DNA of 64,000 bases from Eledone cirrhosa (lineage: Eukaryota), in NCBI GenBank assembly GCA_964016885.1, contig OZ024742.1, forward strand, positions 35,650,001 to 35,714,000, in the 5' to 3' direction. Positions 63,972 to 64,000 of this stretch are shown one piece after another (the stretch's first letter is position 1; every line of letters starts with the position of its first letter). The position numbers and the translations under genes were made by a program. A model generated the notes under the pieces. It was not told the origin of the DNA and did no database searches. It was given only the letters and a program-made list of their open reading frames with translations.

Positions 63972-64000
63972 GGTAATAGTAGTGGTGGTGGTAGTAGTAG
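63460..64000. repeat. (GGT)n/(AGT)n array
   Basis: Seen directly. Confidence 0.95.

Overview
AT-rich, microsatellite-saturated eukaryotic DNA with no recognisable host gene. The SINE sequences and repeat landscape suggest an octopus or other coleoid cephalopod (inference from recollection, not a database search). Almost all ORF-track entries are translations of simple repeats. Between the (TA)n tracts lies a dense population of short elements that carry type I hammerhead ribozyme (HHR) cores, with more than 25 complete or near-complete cores from a dozen or more unrelated families. Most are fold-back palindromes in which one arm has an extra 3' tail, the architecture of Penelope-like retroelement (PLE) pseudo-LTRs. 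Two PLE coding remnants (a GIY-YIG endonuclease at about 12.7-13.2 kb and an RT thumb at about 57.8-58.5 kb) are linked to such ribozymes. Notable points: several families have a compensatory U3:A8 core (UUGAnAA), several have long helix II insertions, one 540-nt retrozyme-like unit is present, inversion breakpoints cluster inside the ribozyme, and many tails share a 3' TYGAGYRC motif. The window also holds two tRNA-derived SINE families, fragments of R4/Dong-, L1/Tx1- and RTE-like LINEs, and a 20-bp G-rich minisatellite. All folds were read by eye and coordinates are approximate to within a few nt.
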